A stretch of DNA of 29,333 nt. Source: Acaryochloridaceae cyanobacterium VAR_48_metabat_390 (GTDB lineage: Bacteria > Cyanobacteriota > Cyanobacteriia > Thermosynechococcales > Thermosynechococcaceae). The position numbers and the translations under genes were made by a program. Below the pieces are notes generated by a model that was given only the letters and a program-made list of their open reading frames with translations, made no database searches and was not told the origin of the DNA. Below are positions 28,931 through 29,333 of the stretch, piece after piece. The stretch's first letter is position 1. Each line of letters starts with the position of its first letter. Location: the NCBI GenBank assembly GCA_031422435.1, contig JANPLU010000114.1, positions 1-29,333 on the forward strand, in the 5' to 3' direction.

Positions 28931-29196
28931 TTCGCCAGCAGTTTTTAGTAATTGTCTGATAGATTGACATTAGTAGACTCATTGCCAGACAATTAGCCGA
29001 GACGATCACTTTCTCCCTGCAACAATTCACTCAACCATGAGCCTTTCATTCGCTTAGGCGATCGCAGCCTCAGCCTACGATTTGCCAAAGCAGTTATCGT
29101 TTTTGCTTAAGATTTCGGGGTTGCTGAAGGGACGATTTTAGCTGGAATGGTTGGCTTAGACGGGCGATTGGGTTGGCGTAGAAGGGCGATCGCATT
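28925..29196 (+). repeat. ~270-bp non-coding direct repeat, copy 2
   Basis: Diverged copy of 27669-27938 with many substitutions and small indels. Confidence 0.92.
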
Positions 29197-29198
29197 GG

Positions 29199-29333
29199 GA
29201 GCATCTCACTTTTGCGATAAGTATTTATACTCAAGCATTTAAGACATTAAAAACGGGAGACTTGAGGCACTGTACTTGGAGTGAAGCGTATGACTCCCGA
29301 AGAAAAACAGACCATAAAAGTCCACTTGGATGC
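29199..29333 (+). mobile_element. Left end of an ISKra4-family insertion sequence with transposase start, running off the window end
   Basis: GAGCATCTCACTTTTGC terminal-repeat-like sequence at 29199; ORF from ATG 29290 reads MTPEEKQTIKVHLD, like cyanobacterial ISKra4 transposase N-termini. Confidence 0.7.

Overview
Cyanobacterial chromosomal segment: HIP1 GCGATCGC occurs more than 20 times, and it carries hli, ndhD and DUF3110/DUF3084/DUF3370/DUF4079 genes. Both window edges run into insertion sequences. On the left, an IS5/ISL2-type end interrupts an MmeI-like restriction-modification gene; on the right, an ISKra4-type element begins. The core (about 1-26.2 kb) is mostly housekeeping: SAM methyltransferase, SpoIID/LytB, tRNA-Ser(TGA), yqgF, an HDAC-family deacetylase, two FHA proteins (one a pseudokinase), pgl, cbiT, iaaA, aroB, ndhD and tamB. 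The last 3 kb look like a decayed chromosomal integron that the ORF track misses. It contains a stop- and frameshift-riddled integron-integrase N-terminus (26349-26550, minus) and four ~41-bp spaced RYYYAAC-type boxes ending in an attI-like site at the centre of a 56-bp near-perfect palindrome. These are followed by a low-GC secreted-protein cassette, two attC-like sites, a DUF433/DUF5615 toxin-antitoxin pair, and a ~270-bp non-coding element repeated right after each attC. All family assignments come from motif recognition by eye; no searches were run.
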